From the NCBI GenBank assembly GCA_963668465.1, contig OY764542.1:1094153-1158152 (forward strand): a stretch of 64,000 bases of DNA. Reading direction: 5' to 3'. Source of the DNA: Dehalococcoidia bacterium (GTDB lineage: Bacteria; Chloroflexota; Dehalococcoidia; Lucifugimonadales; Australimonadaceae). Below are positions 44,965 to 54,973 of the stretch, piece by piece; position 1 is the first letter of the stretch; each line of letters opens with the position of its first letter. The notes under the pieces are model-generated. The model searched no databases and was not told the origin of the DNA. It saw nothing but the letters and a program-made list of their open reading frames with translations. The translations under genes and the position numbers were made by a program.

Positions 44965-46068
44965 GTGCCTCTCGATCCACTGACAACAGACCTCCATCTG
45001 CAACGATTGATCGCCGGCAGCATTCTGGTCGGTTCTTTGATCGTGGCGTTCATCTTCTACCTGGTGACGCGATTCATCACCCGCAAGTACCTGACCAGCG
45101 GGAGCGGCCGCACCTACCGCCTGGCGCATTCCATCATGCGCGCCACTGCCAGACCAGGAGCCCTCTTCCTGCTGATCCTTGGCACCATGATTGCGCTGCT
45201 CGTCTGGCCGGATGCGGAGCCCTGGCGCGACCAGATCACTAACGTCGGCGGAGCCGCGCTCGTGCTCGTCGGCGCGTTCGGCGTGTCCAACGTCTTCCTG
45301 GCCGTTGCAAACTGGTACAGCCTGACTGTAGCGATATCCACCAAGACCGACCTGGACGACCGGATACTCCCGGTAGCCAAGCGCGTTATCCCGATTTCCG
45401 TCTACGCCATCGGCGGGCTCATCGTTCTAGACATGCTAGGCGTCAGCATCAGCCCGCTGCTCGGCGGTCTCGGCATCACCGGCCTGGCCGTAGCGCTGGG
45501 GTTACAGCCAACGCTTAGTAACTTCTTCGCGGGAACGAACATCCTCTCTGAGGGGATGTTCTCGGACGGGGACTACATCGAGATACAGGGTGGCCCCGCG
45601 GGTTATGTGGAGGCGGTCGGGATGCGGAGCACGAAGATACGCACCTGGCTGAACAACTTCGTAGTGATTCCCAATTCCGTGCTCGCCAGTTCAATCATGG
45701 TGAACTACAGCCGGCCCGACCCACGGATGAACGTCCTCGTTTCGTGCGGCGTGAGCTACGACAGCGACCTGCCCCGCGTGAATGAGGTTGCGCTGGAGGT
45801 GGCGCACGAGACTATCGCAGCGAACCCAGAAGCTGAGAAGGAAGACCCGTGGTTCGGGTTCGAGCGGTTCGGGGACTCCAACATAGATTTCTGGGTATTC
45901 CTGCAGGCGCAAGACCGGATCGGGTCGTTCATCGTGACGAACGATCTGATCAAGCGGCTGCACGCGCGCTTCCAGCAGGAAGGGATAGAGATCAACTACC
46001 CGGTGCGAAAGGTAGTGTTCGACTCCCCTGCCCCACCTGTTGCACCTCCGGCGCGGGCGGGCTCGTGA
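44965..46068 (+). CDS. MscS-family mechanosensitive channel
   Basis: TM helices followed by GLGITGLAVALGLQPTLSNFFAG and the beta-domain ..GDYIEI..GYVE.VG.RSTKIRT. Confidence 0.85.
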   Translation: MPLDPLTTDLHLQRLIAGSILVGSLIVAFIFYLVTRFITRKYLTSGSGRTYRLAHSIMRATARPGALFLLILGTMIALLVWPDAEPWRDQITNVGGAALVLVGAFGVSNVFLAVANWYSLTVAISTKTDLDDRILPVAKRVIPISVYAIGGLIVLDMLGVSISPLLGGLGITGLAVALGLQPTLSNFFAGTNILSEGMFSDGDYIEIQGGPAGYVEAVGMRSTKIRTWLNNFVVIPNSVLASSIMVNYSRPDPRMNVLVSCGVSYDSDLPRVNEVALEVAHETIAANPEAEKEDPWFGFERFGDSNIDFWVFLQAQDRIGSFIVTNDLIKRLHARFQQEGIEINYPVRKVVFDSPAPPVAPPARAGS

Positions 46069-46886
46069 GTAATCTGCCGGACCTGCTCGCGCATCGCGAC
46101 GAGGTGATAACGCTCTTGGCGCACCGCCCCACCTGCATCTTCACCGATATAGACGGCACGCTTTCCCCCATCGTTTCCGATCCAAGCTCCGCGACAGTGC
46201 CCCTCTCCACACGCGCTGCACTACAGGCACTTGCGGAACGCATCGCTGTGGTCGCACTCACCGGACGAAGCGTCGCACACGCACGGAGGATGGTGGGGCT
46301 CGACACGCTGGTCTACTCCGGCAACCACGGGGCCGAATGGTGGGAGAACGGAGTTGCCAGCGTTGAGCCCACAGCAAAGCCGTACCTCGACCGGATACGG
46401 AAGGTCGCGGCGGCCGTGGAACGAGGCATCACCACGCCCGGTACCCTCCTGGAGGACAAGGGGGTGAGCCTCTCCGTGCACTATCGGAATACAGTGGAGC
46501 CCGAAGTCGCCCGGTCGGCCATCCTTGGCCTCCTCGACACGCACGCCAAAGGGATGAGCATCCGCGAAGGGAAGATGGTAGTGGAGGTGCGCCCGCCGGT
46601 TGCGCTTTCCAAGGGAGAGGCGGTGCGCTCGTTCACGCGGCGCAAGGGGCTGGCATCGACGCTCGTGCTCGGGGACGACTGGACAGACGCGGAAGCGTTC
46701 GCGGTCGTCCGGGAGATGCGCGAAGCAGGAGCGGTCCACGGGCTGTGTGCAGCAGTGACAACAGCAGACGCACCGGCGGAACTGCTGGCTCTAGCGGACC
46801 ATGCGCTGGCAGATACGAGGGCCGTAGGACAGTTCCTTTCCTGGCTGGCAGCACAGTTGTGGCGAGCGCCGAATAGTGATAGGTAA
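46065..46886 (+). CDS. otsB: Trehalose-6-phosphate phosphatase (HAD family)
   Basis: FTDIDGTLSPI (DxDGT), LTGRS, GNHG, KG.AV, LGDDWTDE-like motifs. GTG 46065 overlaps the mscS stop. Confidence 0.75.
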   Translation: MSNLPDLLAHRDEVITLLAHRPTCIFTDIDGTLSPIVSDPSSATVPLSTRAALQALAERIAVVALTGRSVAHARRMVGLDTLVYSGNHGAEWWENGVASVEPTAKPYLDRIRKVAAAVERGITTPGTLLEDKGVSLSVHYRNTVEPEVARSAILGLLDTHAKGMSIREGKMVVEVRPPVALSKGEAVRSFTRRKGLASTLVLGDDWTDAEAFAVVREMREAGAVHGLCAAVTTADAPAELLALADHALADTRAVGQFLSWLAAQLWRAPNSDR

Positions 46887-46905
46887 GATGGCATCAGCGA
46901 AAGCT

Positions 46906-47517
46906 ATGAAATACCTCCCTCTCCTACTCATCCTCGCCACCCTAGCCGCGTGCTCGGGAGGCGACGAACCTGATGCCGACGCCACTGCAGCCGCTGCCGT
47001 TTCTGCATCTGAGGCAACTGCAGAAGCGAGGCAGGAGCGCGTAGAAATAGCGGCCACACTAACCGCGGCTGCCCCTACCCCGCGTCCCTCACCCACTCCC
47101 ACGGGAACACCTACTCCGAAGCCACCTCCCACGGCCACGGCGACCGCCACAGCAACCCCGACGCCAACCCCAACGGCCACACCGACTCCTATCCCCTTGC
47201 GGGTGGGCCCTTTCCCAACTCCTACGCCTGCCCCACCGCGCCTTGTCTTCGCTGACCCATCGAGGCCGCACACAGTCAGGTTGGCAGAACTCCTCAACGA
47301 GAGGAACCGGTTGCAGTTCGAGATGCCAGACTTCAATGCCCAGCCATCGTCCGAAGAAGTGAACGTCTGGAGCAGGGCTCTCCGCGATTGGCTGGAGGCG
47401 CAGGAAGGCTACTGCGGCATCGTAAGTAACTTTGAACTTGAGCGGACGAACTGCAACCAGATGGCGGTGGACGCACTGGAGATGCAGCGCGCACTGCAGG
47501 GTTGGCAACGCCGCTAG
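46906..47517 (+). CDS. Lipoprotein with a Pro/Thr-rich linker, hypothetical
   Basis: MKYLPLLLILATLAAC-SGG lipobox and a PT-rich low-complexity region. The track ORF starts 30 nt earlier. Confidence 0.6.
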   Translation: MKYLPLLLILATLAACSGGDEPDADATAAAAVSASEATAEARQERVEIAATLTAAAPTPRPSPTPTGTPTPKPPPTATATATATPTPTPTATPTPIPLRVGPFPTPTPAPPRLVFADPSRPHTVRLAELLNERNRLQFEMPDFNAQPSSEEVNVWSRALRDWLEAQEGYCGIVSNFELERTNCNQMAVDALEMQRALQGWQRR

Positions 47518-47550
47518 CAGGCGTGCGCAACCGAGGACCGCGCAAGCTCG

Positions 47551-48564
47551 CTACAGGCTGAGCACGCTCGGCGCGAAGAGGTCCTCGACCTTCGGTTTCT
47601 CCTCGATGAGATGCTGCTCGTGGAGAAAGTCAATCACGGTTTCAAGCATGGGCCGGTTGGCCTCCACTCCGTAGACGAAGGGGTCGCCGTCCAGCATCCT
47701 GCGGGTCTGAGCCATGTACTCCCGGCCGAACACCATGAAGGAAGGGATGCGTTCGTTGAGGGTCTGCTCAGAGTGCCGCTTGGCCCGCACGAAGGCGTCG
47801 TACAGATTGAACGCAGCCCACGGATACTTGTCGTAGGTCGATCTCCTGATGGTGTACATCTGCGTTGCCGGGATGAAGCCATACTTTGCGTAGAACCGCG
47901 ATCCTTCCTCGATGAGGCTGGGGAAGAGGGGCTTGACCTTGCTCCAGTCGCCGCTCCCTCGTATCCGGGAGGAGCGGTCTATCACGTTGCCCTGAGTGCC
48001 GGCGCCAGCCCCCAGGCCGGAGACAGCGTCGATCTGGTTGCTGAGGATCATCGAGGCGAGACTCTCCGTCTCCGGAATGCGCTCGAACGATATGCCCTCC
48101 GGTGGCTCGAAGCCGGTCACACCGCCGTGGCTGAACCCCTCGCTCCGCTCCATGAACCAGTGGATGTCGTATGGCGAGACGTCGAAGTCGTGTTCGAGCA
48201 CGCCGCGCAGCCAGATAGATGCAGTCATCTGGTACTCGGGGACTCCCACGCGCTTGCCCTTCAGGTCGGCAGGGACACTTATGCCGGAGTCCGCGTGGTG
48301 GCGGAGCTCAGCGTGCATGAAACGGCGCGACGCAAATACCGGCAACGCCACGGCGTCATACGCCTTGCTCTTGGCGATGATGTACGACGCCACAGACAGG
48401 GAGGAGACATCGAACTCGTTGAAGGTGAACTGACGCCAGTAGCCGGTTGAACCGTCGGCGCGTGTGGCCGCGAGCTCTATCCCTTCCGGCTTGACCTCGC
48501 CTTCGAACAGCGGATTGACGATGTCGGCGGGGCTCCCTATCAGGCTCATCTGGACGTCCGGCAT
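47551..48564 (-). CDS. 4,5-dihydroxyphthalate-decarboxylase-like (PhtD/periplasmic-binding-fold) protein
   Basis: 337 aa from ATG 48564 with AGGAGG upstream. The pattern ..FDVSSLSVASYI.., PVFASRRFMH, DLKGKRVGVPEYQMTASIWLRGVL resembles the PhtD family. The track ORF's N-terminal extension is antisense noise. Confidence 0.5.
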   Translation of the reverse strand: MPDVQMSLIGSPADIVNPLFEGEVKPEGIELAATRADGSTGYWRQFTFNEFDVSSLSVASYIIAKSKAYDAVALPVFASRRFMHAELRHHADSGISVPADLKGKRVGVPEYQMTASIWLRGVLEHDFDVSPYDIHWFMERSEGFSHGGVTGFEPPEGISFERIPETESLASMILSNQIDAVSGLGAGAGTQGNVIDRSSRIRGSGDWSKVKPLFPSLIEEGSRFYAKYGFIPATQMYTIRRSTYDKYPWAAFNLYDAFVRAKRHSEQTLNERIPSFMVFGREYMAQTRRMLDGDPFVYGVEANRPMLETVIDFLHEQHLIEEKPKVEDLFAPSVLSL

Positions 48565-48584
48565 GGAAGCACCTCCTGTCTGTG

Positions 48585-49829
48585 CTAGTGAGCGAGGTCC
48601 GGTGGCACTGGAACCTGGTGCTCGAGCAGTACCTCGCGTCGCTCTCGGGCTGACTGCATCAGACCTAGTTGAACCTCCAACGTGGCCATACCCCATCGTC
48701 CGTCGTGGAATATGGGCTTGCCGAGCACGATGCCGTTGTAGGCCTCCTCGATCGTCGGGTCGCCGCCGCCCTCGTTCACCTCGATAGCCTCCTCTCGGAG
48801 GCCGTCGTCGTTGTAGACGTAGATGCCGTTGGGCGACTGGCGCAGCAGGCCGCGCTCGCAGGTGACGAGGAGCAGGCCGAGGTCGCTCTGAAAGCGCTGC
48901 CGCGGAGGGCCCGAGGGGGCTCCCCCACCCTCCAACGCGTTGCGTTGCCCCTGCATGCTGGCTATCCGCATCGCATCCTTGGCCTGAGCCTGGTCCCACG
49001 TGCCGGTGTTGATGCCATTCCTGACGCGGGCGCGTTCTCCCGCCTGCGCGCCCGCGTCCATCTCCCACGGCAGCAGTTCAGACGCCATGAAGTAGCCGTA
49101 GGCGTTGTAAACGATGGTGGCGGGTGTGCCATCCTCGAACTCCAGGTAGGCCGAGTAGTACCCCGGGGCCCCGGAACGCCCCTCCATCCAGATACCCGTT
49201 GTGCCCCGCACGCTTCGGATGAGTCCGCCGCCGAGGAACCGGAGCGAGTCGATCTGATGCGGGGCCTGGCGGAAGGCGACACCACCGCCGCGTTCGACAT
49301 CGACCTCCTCCGGCATGCGGGGGCGGAGCATCCAGTCCGTGAACGACATGACGTTCATCGCCCTGATCGCGCCGACCTCGCCGGAGCGGACGATGCGCCA
49401 CATCGTCTGGACGGGCGGGTCGAACGCACGGGTGTGGCCGGAGAGTAGTTTGACGCCGTGCTTCTCAGCCGTTTCGACCATCAGGGAGGCCTCATCCAGC
49501 GACAGGGCCATCGGCTTTTCGAGGACGATGTGCTTTCCGTGCTCGGCAGCCATCACCGTGTGGGGGCAGTGGAAGTGGTTCGGGGTCGCAATCCAGACCA
49601 CGTCGACATCAGGGTCCTGGCAAATCCCCTCGACGCTGTCGTATGTCTTTCCGCCGAAGTCGCGTTGGAAGGCTTCGAGGGCCTGCGGGCGCAGGTCGGC
49701 TGCGGCCACGACCTCGACGTTGGGTTCGTCACGCATCATGTTAAGCACGCCGCCGCCCGCGTTGCCGACGCCGATGATGCCGAACCGCAGGACGGGGTTC
49801 CCATTCGAGGAAGAGTTGGACGTGGTCAC
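48585..49829 (-). CDS. Gfo/Idh/MocA-family NAD(P)-dependent oxidoreductase
   Basis: LRFGIIGVGNAGGG Rossmann start and the EKP motif (VLEKPMAL). GGAGG lies upstream of GTG 49829. Confidence 0.8.
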   Translation of the reverse strand: MTTSNSSSNGNPVLRFGIIGVGNAGGGVLNMMRDEPNVEVVAAADLRPQALEAFQRDFGGKTYDSVEGICQDPDVDVVWIATPNHFHCPHTVMAAEHGKHIVLEKPMALSLDEASLMVETAEKHGVKLLSGHTRAFDPPVQTMWRIVRSGEVGAIRAMNVMSFTDWMLRPRMPEEVDVERGGGVAFRQAPHQIDSLRFLGGGLIRSVRGTTGIWMEGRSGAPGYYSAYLEFEDGTPATIVYNAYGYFMASELLPWEMDAGAQAGERARVRNGINTGTWDQAQAKDAMRIASMQGQRNALEGGGAPSGPPRQRFQSDLGLLLVTCERGLLRQSPNGIYVYNDDGLREEAIEVNEGGGDPTIEEAYNGIVLGKPIFHDGRWGMATLEVQLGLMQSARERREVLLEHQVPVPPDLAH

Positions 49830-49950
49830 GATGGCGCCTCCGTTGGTGGGTCGCGCCGCGCCGCAGCGGATACCCGTGGTCAGACAAGGCACAGGTTAGG
49901 CCGCTGCTCGCTCGCTCACAAGCCTACCTCTACCCAACCGGCGCGGGGGT

Positions 49951-51465
49951 TCAGTTGTTGAGGGCGTCGAGGTCGAGGAGTTGGCGGCGGAGCCAGTCGG
50001 TGATGTCCTCGCGCTCGATGCAATCCCGCATCAGGTCAGCCCTTCGCTTGCGTTCCTCAGGCGGCATCGAGAGCGCCTCGTCGAGCGCGCGCGCCGCGCC
50101 TTCAATGTCGGCAGGAGCGACGGGGAGCGCGCCCACACGGAGCTGTTCGTAGGCTCCGGCAGACTCTGAGAGGATGAGGACGCCGTCCCTGCGGTTGACG
50201 ATAGGGCCCTCCTTGGCAACGAGGTTCATGCCGTCGATGACGGCATTGACGAGCAGCACGTCATAGAGGCGCATCCCGGCCATGGCCTGGGTGTAGTTGT
50301 TCTCGTAGAAGACCTCGATGGGCGTCCAGTCTTCCGTGCCGAACCGTTCGTTGATACGCCTGATGGCTGTGTCCACTTCCTCCACGTAGCGCTGGTACTG
50401 ACGGATGTGCGTTCGGGAAGGGACGAGGAACGCGAGGAAGCGCACGTTGCCGCGCAGGTCGGGTCGCCTGTCCAGCAGCGTCTCGTAGGCCGCGAAGCCT
50501 CTTACGATGTTCTTGCTGGGCTCGGCGCGGTCCACCCGGACGATGGTCTGCTTGCCGAGGAGTGGCGTGAGCCGCTCTTCGTACTCGTCGGCACGCGAGG
50601 AGTTTGCGATGTCGCGCACCTCGTCCACGTCTATCGAGATGGGGTAACAGCGAACGAGGGTGGTGCGTCCCTTGTAGTAGACGCGGGATTCGTTACGGTC
50701 AACGACAGCTCCGTCCAGGAAGGCGTCGCAACTGCCGAGGAAGGAGCGCACGTCCCGGGGAGCCTGGAAGCCGACGATGTCGGCCTGGCAGAGACTGTCG
50801 CAGATGGCGGTGCGAATCATGGCCGGGAGGAGTTCCCAGTAACTCGCGGTGGGCCACGGGATGTGGACGAACTCGTGGATGCGGGCGTGCGGCAATTGCT
50901 CCCGCACCATGCCGGGGACGAGGTAGAGCTGGTAGTCGTGCACCATCACCAACGGACGGGCGTCGGTCTGAGCCGCCTCGTCCACGACGGCGTCGGCGAA
51001 CTCGCGGTTGACGTGGACGTAGCCGTTCTCCCAGGCGTCGTATACGGCGGCGTCCACGCGGGGCGTGTACGGAGAGCTCCACATGTAGTGCTGGATGAAC
51101 CAGAGGAGGGGGTTGCAGATGATGTTGTAGTGCTTGTGGTAGGCGCGGCGGGGAGTGTTGATGAACCTGACGGAGACGCGCTGGCCGGGCAACGGCGACG
51201 GGACCGCCCTGCCCTCGTTCGCCCGCGCGGAGCGGCGGTCGCCCTCGCTCATGGCGGAAGCGATCCAGGTGAAGTCGACGTGGTTGGTAAGCCCGCTGAG
51301 CGCGGTCACGACGCCGCCACTGCCGCGTCGCGCCTGCAATTCACCGCCGGAGGCGACGTGGTACTCCATGGGGCCACGATTGGAGACGAGGATTAGGCGT
51401 TGGTCCCGGAGCAGATCGTCTGCAAGGTCCTTCAGGGAGTCGTGGGCGTTCGTGGGAGTCTGCAT
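49951..51465 (-). CDS. otsA: Trehalose-6-phosphate synthase (GT20)
   Basis: LILVSNRGP.., HDYQL.L.P, NLVAKE motifs. GGAGGAG lies upstream of ATG 51465. Confidence 0.85.
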   Translation of the reverse strand: MQTPTNAHDSLKDLADDLLRDQRLILVSNRGPMEYHVASGGELQARRGSGGVVTALSGLTNHVDFTWIASAMSEGDRRSARANEGRAVPSPLPGQRVSVRFINTPRRAYHKHYNIICNPLLWFIQHYMWSSPYTPRVDAAVYDAWENGYVHVNREFADAVVDEAAQTDARPLVMVHDYQLYLVPGMVREQLPHARIHEFVHIPWPTASYWELLPAMIRTAICDSLCQADIVGFQAPRDVRSFLGSCDAFLDGAVVDRNESRVYYKGRTTLVRCYPISIDVDEVRDIANSSRADEYEERLTPLLGKQTIVRVDRAEPSKNIVRGFAAYETLLDRRPDLRGNVRFLAFLVPSRTHIRQYQRYVEEVDTAIRRINERFGTEDWTPIEVFYENNYTQAMAGMRLYDVLLVNAVIDGMNLVAKEGPIVNRRDGVLILSESAGAYEQLRVGALPVAPADIEGAARALDEALSMPPEERKRRADLMRDCIEREDITDWLRRQLLDLDALNN

Positions 51466-51747
51466 AGTGGCCTCTCCTCCTTGCTCCACACGCACCCGAA
51501 ATCCCCGCCCGTTACGCTCCGGAGGAAGGGCCGCGAAACACGCTTCGTCGGCACGCTAACATACGGTTGGAGGAGGGTCAAACGAACGGAGGGCCTATCG
51601 GTGTCTCAGTTTTCCTCCCGGTGGAGTCTCAATCTACCCCTGTCCAACACGCCCTGTGCCGGCTGCGAGGCTCCCGCCTCCGGCGCGCCAATCCGCAGGA
51701 ACGACTGGGGAGAGACAGAACGACTCGGCTGGGCGTGCGAGTGATGC

Positions 51748-51776
51748 TTGACTCGCCTGCGCACGTATACGATAAT
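51748..51776 (+). promoter_or_regulatory. Sigma-70-type promoter for the tRNA-tuf cluster
   Basis: TTGACT (51748-51753), a 17-nt spacer, then GATAAT (51771-51776), located 57 nt upstream of tRNA-Thr. Confidence 0.6.
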
Positions 51777-51785
51777 CAGCTATTG

Positions 51786-51810
51786 GACGGGCCTGCGGGC
51801 CGTCTTTTTT
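51786..51810 (+). terminator. GC-rich hairpin followed by T6, between the promoter and the first tRNA
   Basis: gacgggcc-tgc-gggccgtc (7 of 8 positions pair) followed by tttttt. It has the form of an intrinsic terminator, but its position is odd. Confidence 0.45.
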
Positions 51811-51832
51811 GGTTGAGGCGGATGCCGTCCTG

Positions 51833-51907
51833 GCCCGAGTGGCGCAACGGCAGCGCAGCCGATTTGTAATCGGCAGGTTGTGGGTTCGACTCCCTCCTCG
51901 GGCTCCA
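51833..51907 (+). tRNA. tRNA-Thr (anticodon TGT)
   Basis: Acceptor gcccgag/ctcgggc, anticodon arm gccga-tttgtaa-tcggc, T-loop ttcgact (one T-T mismatch in the T-stem), encoded CCA. Confidence 0.8.
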
Positions 51908-52007
51908 AGTCTCACAGGGGAGAGAGCCTTCCGCAGGGAGAGAGCCCGCCGTAGCAGGGGGGCCAGGAGTGTTAGGATACGTTCACCGGACGGGCGCAAG
52001 CCTCCGT

Positions 52008-52094
52008 GGAGGGATGGGAGAGCGGCTAAATCCATCAGACTGTAAATCTGACGCCCTCAGGGCTACGCAGGTTCGAATCCTGCTCCCTCCACCA
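52008..52094 (+). tRNA. tRNA-Tyr (anticodon GTA) with a long variable arm
   Basis: Acceptor ggaggga/tccctcc, anticodon arm tcaga-ctgtaaa-tctga, T-arm gcagg-ttcgaat-cctgc, encoded CCA. Confidence 0.9.
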
Positions 52095-52113
52095 CGCCGC
52101 GCCACAGCAACAA

Positions 52114-52189
52114 AGTACGACACGCCCACATAGCTCAGGCGGTAGAGCACGTTCTTGGTAAGAACGAGGTCATCGGTTCAAGTCCGATT
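52114..52189 (+). tRNA. tRNA-Thr (anticodon GGT)
   Basis: Acceptor gcccaca/tgtgggc, D-arm tagctcaggcggtagagc, anticodon arm cgttc-ttggtaa-gaacg, T-arm atcgg-ttcaagt-ccgat, encoded CCA. Confidence 0.9.
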
Positions 52190-52301
52190 GTGGGCTCCAG
52201 GCAACCACAAGGGCCGGGAACACTCCGACAGGACTCCAGGCCGATGACAGCGAACGCGAAAGAAAACAGAAACAGGACAACAGCAGGAGGCAGAGGGTTA
52301 G

Positions 52302-53498
52302 ATGGCAAAGCAGAAGTTCGAGCGCACCAAGCCCCACGTTAACGTAGGCACGATCGGGCACGTTGACCACGGCAAGACCACGCTAACAGCGGCGATCACC
52401 AAGGTCCTCGCGCTGGGCGGCGGCAGCCAGTTCCGCGCTTTCGATTCAATCGATAGCGCTCCGGAAGAGAAGGCTCGCGGCGTCACCATCAACATCGCCC
52501 ACGTCGAATACGAGTCGCCGAACCGGCACTACGCACACGTCGACTGCCCCGGCCACGCCGACTACATCAAGAACATGATCACCGGCGCGGCGCAGATGGA
52601 CGGCGCAGTGCTCGTCGTCTCGGCGCCGGACGGCCCGATGCCCCAGACGCGGGAGCACATCCTGCTCGCGCGCCAGGTGGAGGTCCCCCGCATCGTCGTC
52701 GCCCTCAACAAGGTCGACATGATGGACGACGAGGAGTTGCTGGAGCTCGTGGAACTGGAAGTTCGCGAGTTGCTGAGCAAGTACAACTTCCCCGGTGACG
52801 ACACCCCCATCGTGCGGCTGAGCGCGCTACAGGCGCTCGAATCCAGCAGCACGGACCCGGATGCCCCCGAGTACGCCAGCATCCGAGAACTGGTGAAGCA
52901 GCTGGACGAGTACATCCCCGTCCCCGATCGCCCGCGCGACGGCACCTTCCTGATGCCCGTGGAGGACGTGTTCTCCATCAAGGGCCGCGGCACCGTGGTC
53001 ACGGGCCGTGTGGAGCGCGGCGTCGTCCACCCGGGCGATGAGGTGGAGATCGTCGGCATCAAGGAGACACACAAGACCACGGTCACGGGTGTTGAGATGT
53101 TCCACAAGCTGCTGGACGAAGCAGAGCCCGGCGACGCAGTCGGCACACTGCTCCGCGGTGTGGAACGCGCCGAGATCGAGCGGGGGCAAGTGCTAGCGAA
53201 GCCCGGCTCCATCAAGCCGGTCAAGGAAGCGGAAGCCGAGGTGTACGTGCTGGCGAAGGACGAGGGCGGCAGGCACACGCCGTTCTTCAGCGGTTACAAG
53301 CCGCAGTTCTACATCCGCACGAGCGACGTCACCGGCGAGATTGGTCTGCCCGATGGGGTGGAGATGGTGATGCCGGGAGACAACACCCAGATGCACATCA
53401 AGCTCATCAACCCGATGGCGATGGAACCGGGACTGCGGTTCGCCATCCGCGAGGGCGGCAGGACCGTCGGCGCAGGCGTCATCACGAGCGTCACTTAA
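52302..53498 (+). CDS. tuf: Elongation factor Tu
   Basis: [28 protein letters not shown].., [12 protein letters not shown]; 398 aa. Confidence 0.98.
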   Translation: MAKQKFERTKPHVNVGTIGHVDHGKTTLTAAITKVLALGGGSQFRAFDSIDSAPEEKARGVTINIAHVEYESPNRHYAHVDCPGHADYIKNMITGAAQMDGAVLVVSAPDGPMPQTREHILLARQVEVPRIVVALNKVDMMDDEELLELVELEVRELLSKYNFPGDDTPIVRLSALQALESSSTDPDAPEYASIRELVKQLDEYIPVPDRPRDGTFLMPVEDVFSIKGRGTVVTGRVERGVVHPGDEVEIVGIKETHKTTVTGVEMFHKLLDEAEPGDAVGTLLRGVERAEIERGQVLAKPGSIKPVKEAEAEVYVLAKDEGGRHTPFFSGYKPQFYIRTSDVTGEIGLPDGVEMVMPGDNTQMHIKLINPMAMEPGLRFAIREGGRTVGAGVITSVT

Positions 53499-53508
53499 GG
53501 AGCCGGCT

Positions 53509-53679
53509 GTGGCTAAGAAGCGAGGAGACGTCCGACAACTGATCAACCTCGCGTGCACCGAGTGCCGCGAGCGGACGTACCACACTCAGAAGAACCGGCG
53601 GAACGATCCGAACCGGATGGAAATGAACAAGTTCTGCCCGCGCTGCAGGACACATCGCCTCCACCGCGAGGTACGGTAG
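53509..53679 (+). CDS. rpmG: 50S ribosomal protein L33 (Cys-containing zinc-ribbon form)
   Basis: Hand translation from GTG 53509: [55 protein letters not shown], with stop TAG at 53677-53679. At 56 aa it is too short for the ORF track. Confidence 0.85.
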   Translation: MAKKRGDVRQLINLACTECRERTYHTQKNRRNDPNRMEMNKFCPRCRTHRLHREVR

Positions 53680-53680
53680 C

Positions 53681-53923
53681 GTGGCACAGGCTCGAGGCCG
53701 GAACCCGCTCCGCTCGATGATGGACGAGGGCCAGGTCCGCCGCAGAGGCAGGCTGGCGTTCATCGGCGAGGTCTACAGCGAGCTGACGAAGGTAACGTGG
53801 CCTTCGCGAGAGGACGCTGCACGCCTGACAGTGCTGGTGCTGGGCGTGTCCGCCGTCGTGGGGGTGTTCCTGGCTCTGTGGGACCTCGGCTTCAGCGAGT
53901 TGGTAGAACGGGTGTTCCTGTAG
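53681..53923 (+). CDS. secE: Preprotein translocase subunit SecE
   Basis: 80 aa; ..FIGEVYSELTKVTWPSREDAARLTVLVLGVSAVVGVFL.. is the SecE signature, and it sits in the conserved position before nusG. Confidence 0.85.
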   Translation: MAQARGRNPLRSMMDEGQVRRRGRLAFIGEVYSELTKVTWPSREDAARLTVLVLGVSAVVGVFLALWDLGFSELVERVFL

Positions 53924-53972
53924 GCACGGCGCATCCCCGCACCGTTCAGTTGACTAAGAAAGACAGAGGCTC

Positions 53973-54542
53973 ATGACGCAACAATCCGTCATACCGGAGA
54001 TCGAGTCTCACTGGTATATCGTGCACACGTACTCCGGTCAGGAGGACCGTGTGAAGCGGAACCTCGAACTGAGGATTGAGTCCATGGACGTCAAGGACAA
54101 GATCTTCAGGGTCGTGGTCCCGACCGAAGAAGAGATCGAGATGAAGGAGGGGAAGCGCAAGTCAGTACAGCGCAAGATATTCCCTGGCTACATCCTGATC
54201 CTGATGCGGATGGACGACGAGAGCTGGTACGTGGTGCGGAACACTCCGGGCGTCACCGGTTTCGTCTCGTCCGAGGACGAACGCGAACGCCGTCCGAAGC
54301 CGGTCCCTCTGGAGGACCGGGAGGTGGAGCACATCCTGAACCGGATGGAAGAGCCCACGCCGCGCATCAAGGTGGGGCTCGCCCCCGGGCAGATGGTCCG
54401 CATCACGAGCGGACCGTTCGCCGAGTTCATGGGCTCCGTGGACACCGTGGACGAGGACAAAGGCAAGGTACGCGTGCTCGTGTCGTTCTTCGGACGCGAG
54501 ACGCCCGTGGAACTGGATTTCCTGCAGGTAGAGAGGGCTTAA
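53973..54542 (+). CDS. nusG: Transcription termination/antitermination factor NusG
   Basis: WYIVHTYSGQEDRVK.. NGN domain and a C-terminal KOW (G..VRITSGPFAEF.G.V). Confidence 0.95.
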   Translation: MTQQSVIPEIESHWYIVHTYSGQEDRVKRNLELRIESMDVKDKIFRVVVPTEEEIEMKEGKRKSVQRKIFPGYILILMRMDDESWYVVRNTPGVTGFVSSEDERERRPKPVPLEDREVEHILNRMEEPTPRIKVGLAPGQMVRITSGPFAEFMGSVDTVDEDKGKVRVLVSFFGRETPVELDFLQVERA

Positions 54543-54971
54543 GTGGCGAAGCGAGTTCGGGCGGTTCTGAAGCTACAACTCCCAGCCGGGAGCGCGACAC
54601 CCGCGCCTCCGGTGGGGCCGGCGCTGGGTCAGCACGGCATAAACATCATGGGGTTCGTGAAAGAGTACAACGCTCGCACGGCGAACCAGGCAGGGACCAT
54701 CATCCCCGCCGAGATAACGGTGTTCGAGGACGCCTCGTTCACCTTCGTCACCAAGACGCCTCCCGCGTCGGAACTCATCCGCAAGTCCATGGGTGTGGAC
54801 AAAGGCTCCAGCAACCCGCGTCACGAACGCGCCGGCTCGCTGTCCCGCTCAGCCATCCGGGAGATAGCGGAGACGAAGCAGAAGGACCTGAACGCGGCCG
54901 ATCTGGACGCCGCCATGAAGATCATCGAGGGTACGGCTCGCAGCATGGGCGTTGCGGTAGAGGGAGAGTAG
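54543..54971 (+). CDS. rplK: 50S ribosomal protein L11
   Basis: [34 protein letters not shown].. Confidence 0.97.
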   Translation: MAKRVRAVLKLQLPAGSATPAPPVGPALGQHGINIMGFVKEYNARTANQAGTIIPAEITVFEDASFTFVTKTPPASELIRKSMGVDKGSSNPRHERAGSLSRSAIREIAETKQKDLNAADLDAAMKIIEGTARSMGVAVEGE

Positions 54972-54973
54972 GC

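Noticed and set aside
47551-49068. 505-aa version of the PhtD-like ORF, and the 435-aa version of the oxidoreductase ORF
   Set aside because: The N-terminal extensions are Arg/Gly/Pro-rich and overlap the neighbouring gene. Internal starts with strong SD sequences (ATG 48564, GTG 49829) give family-typical N-termini.
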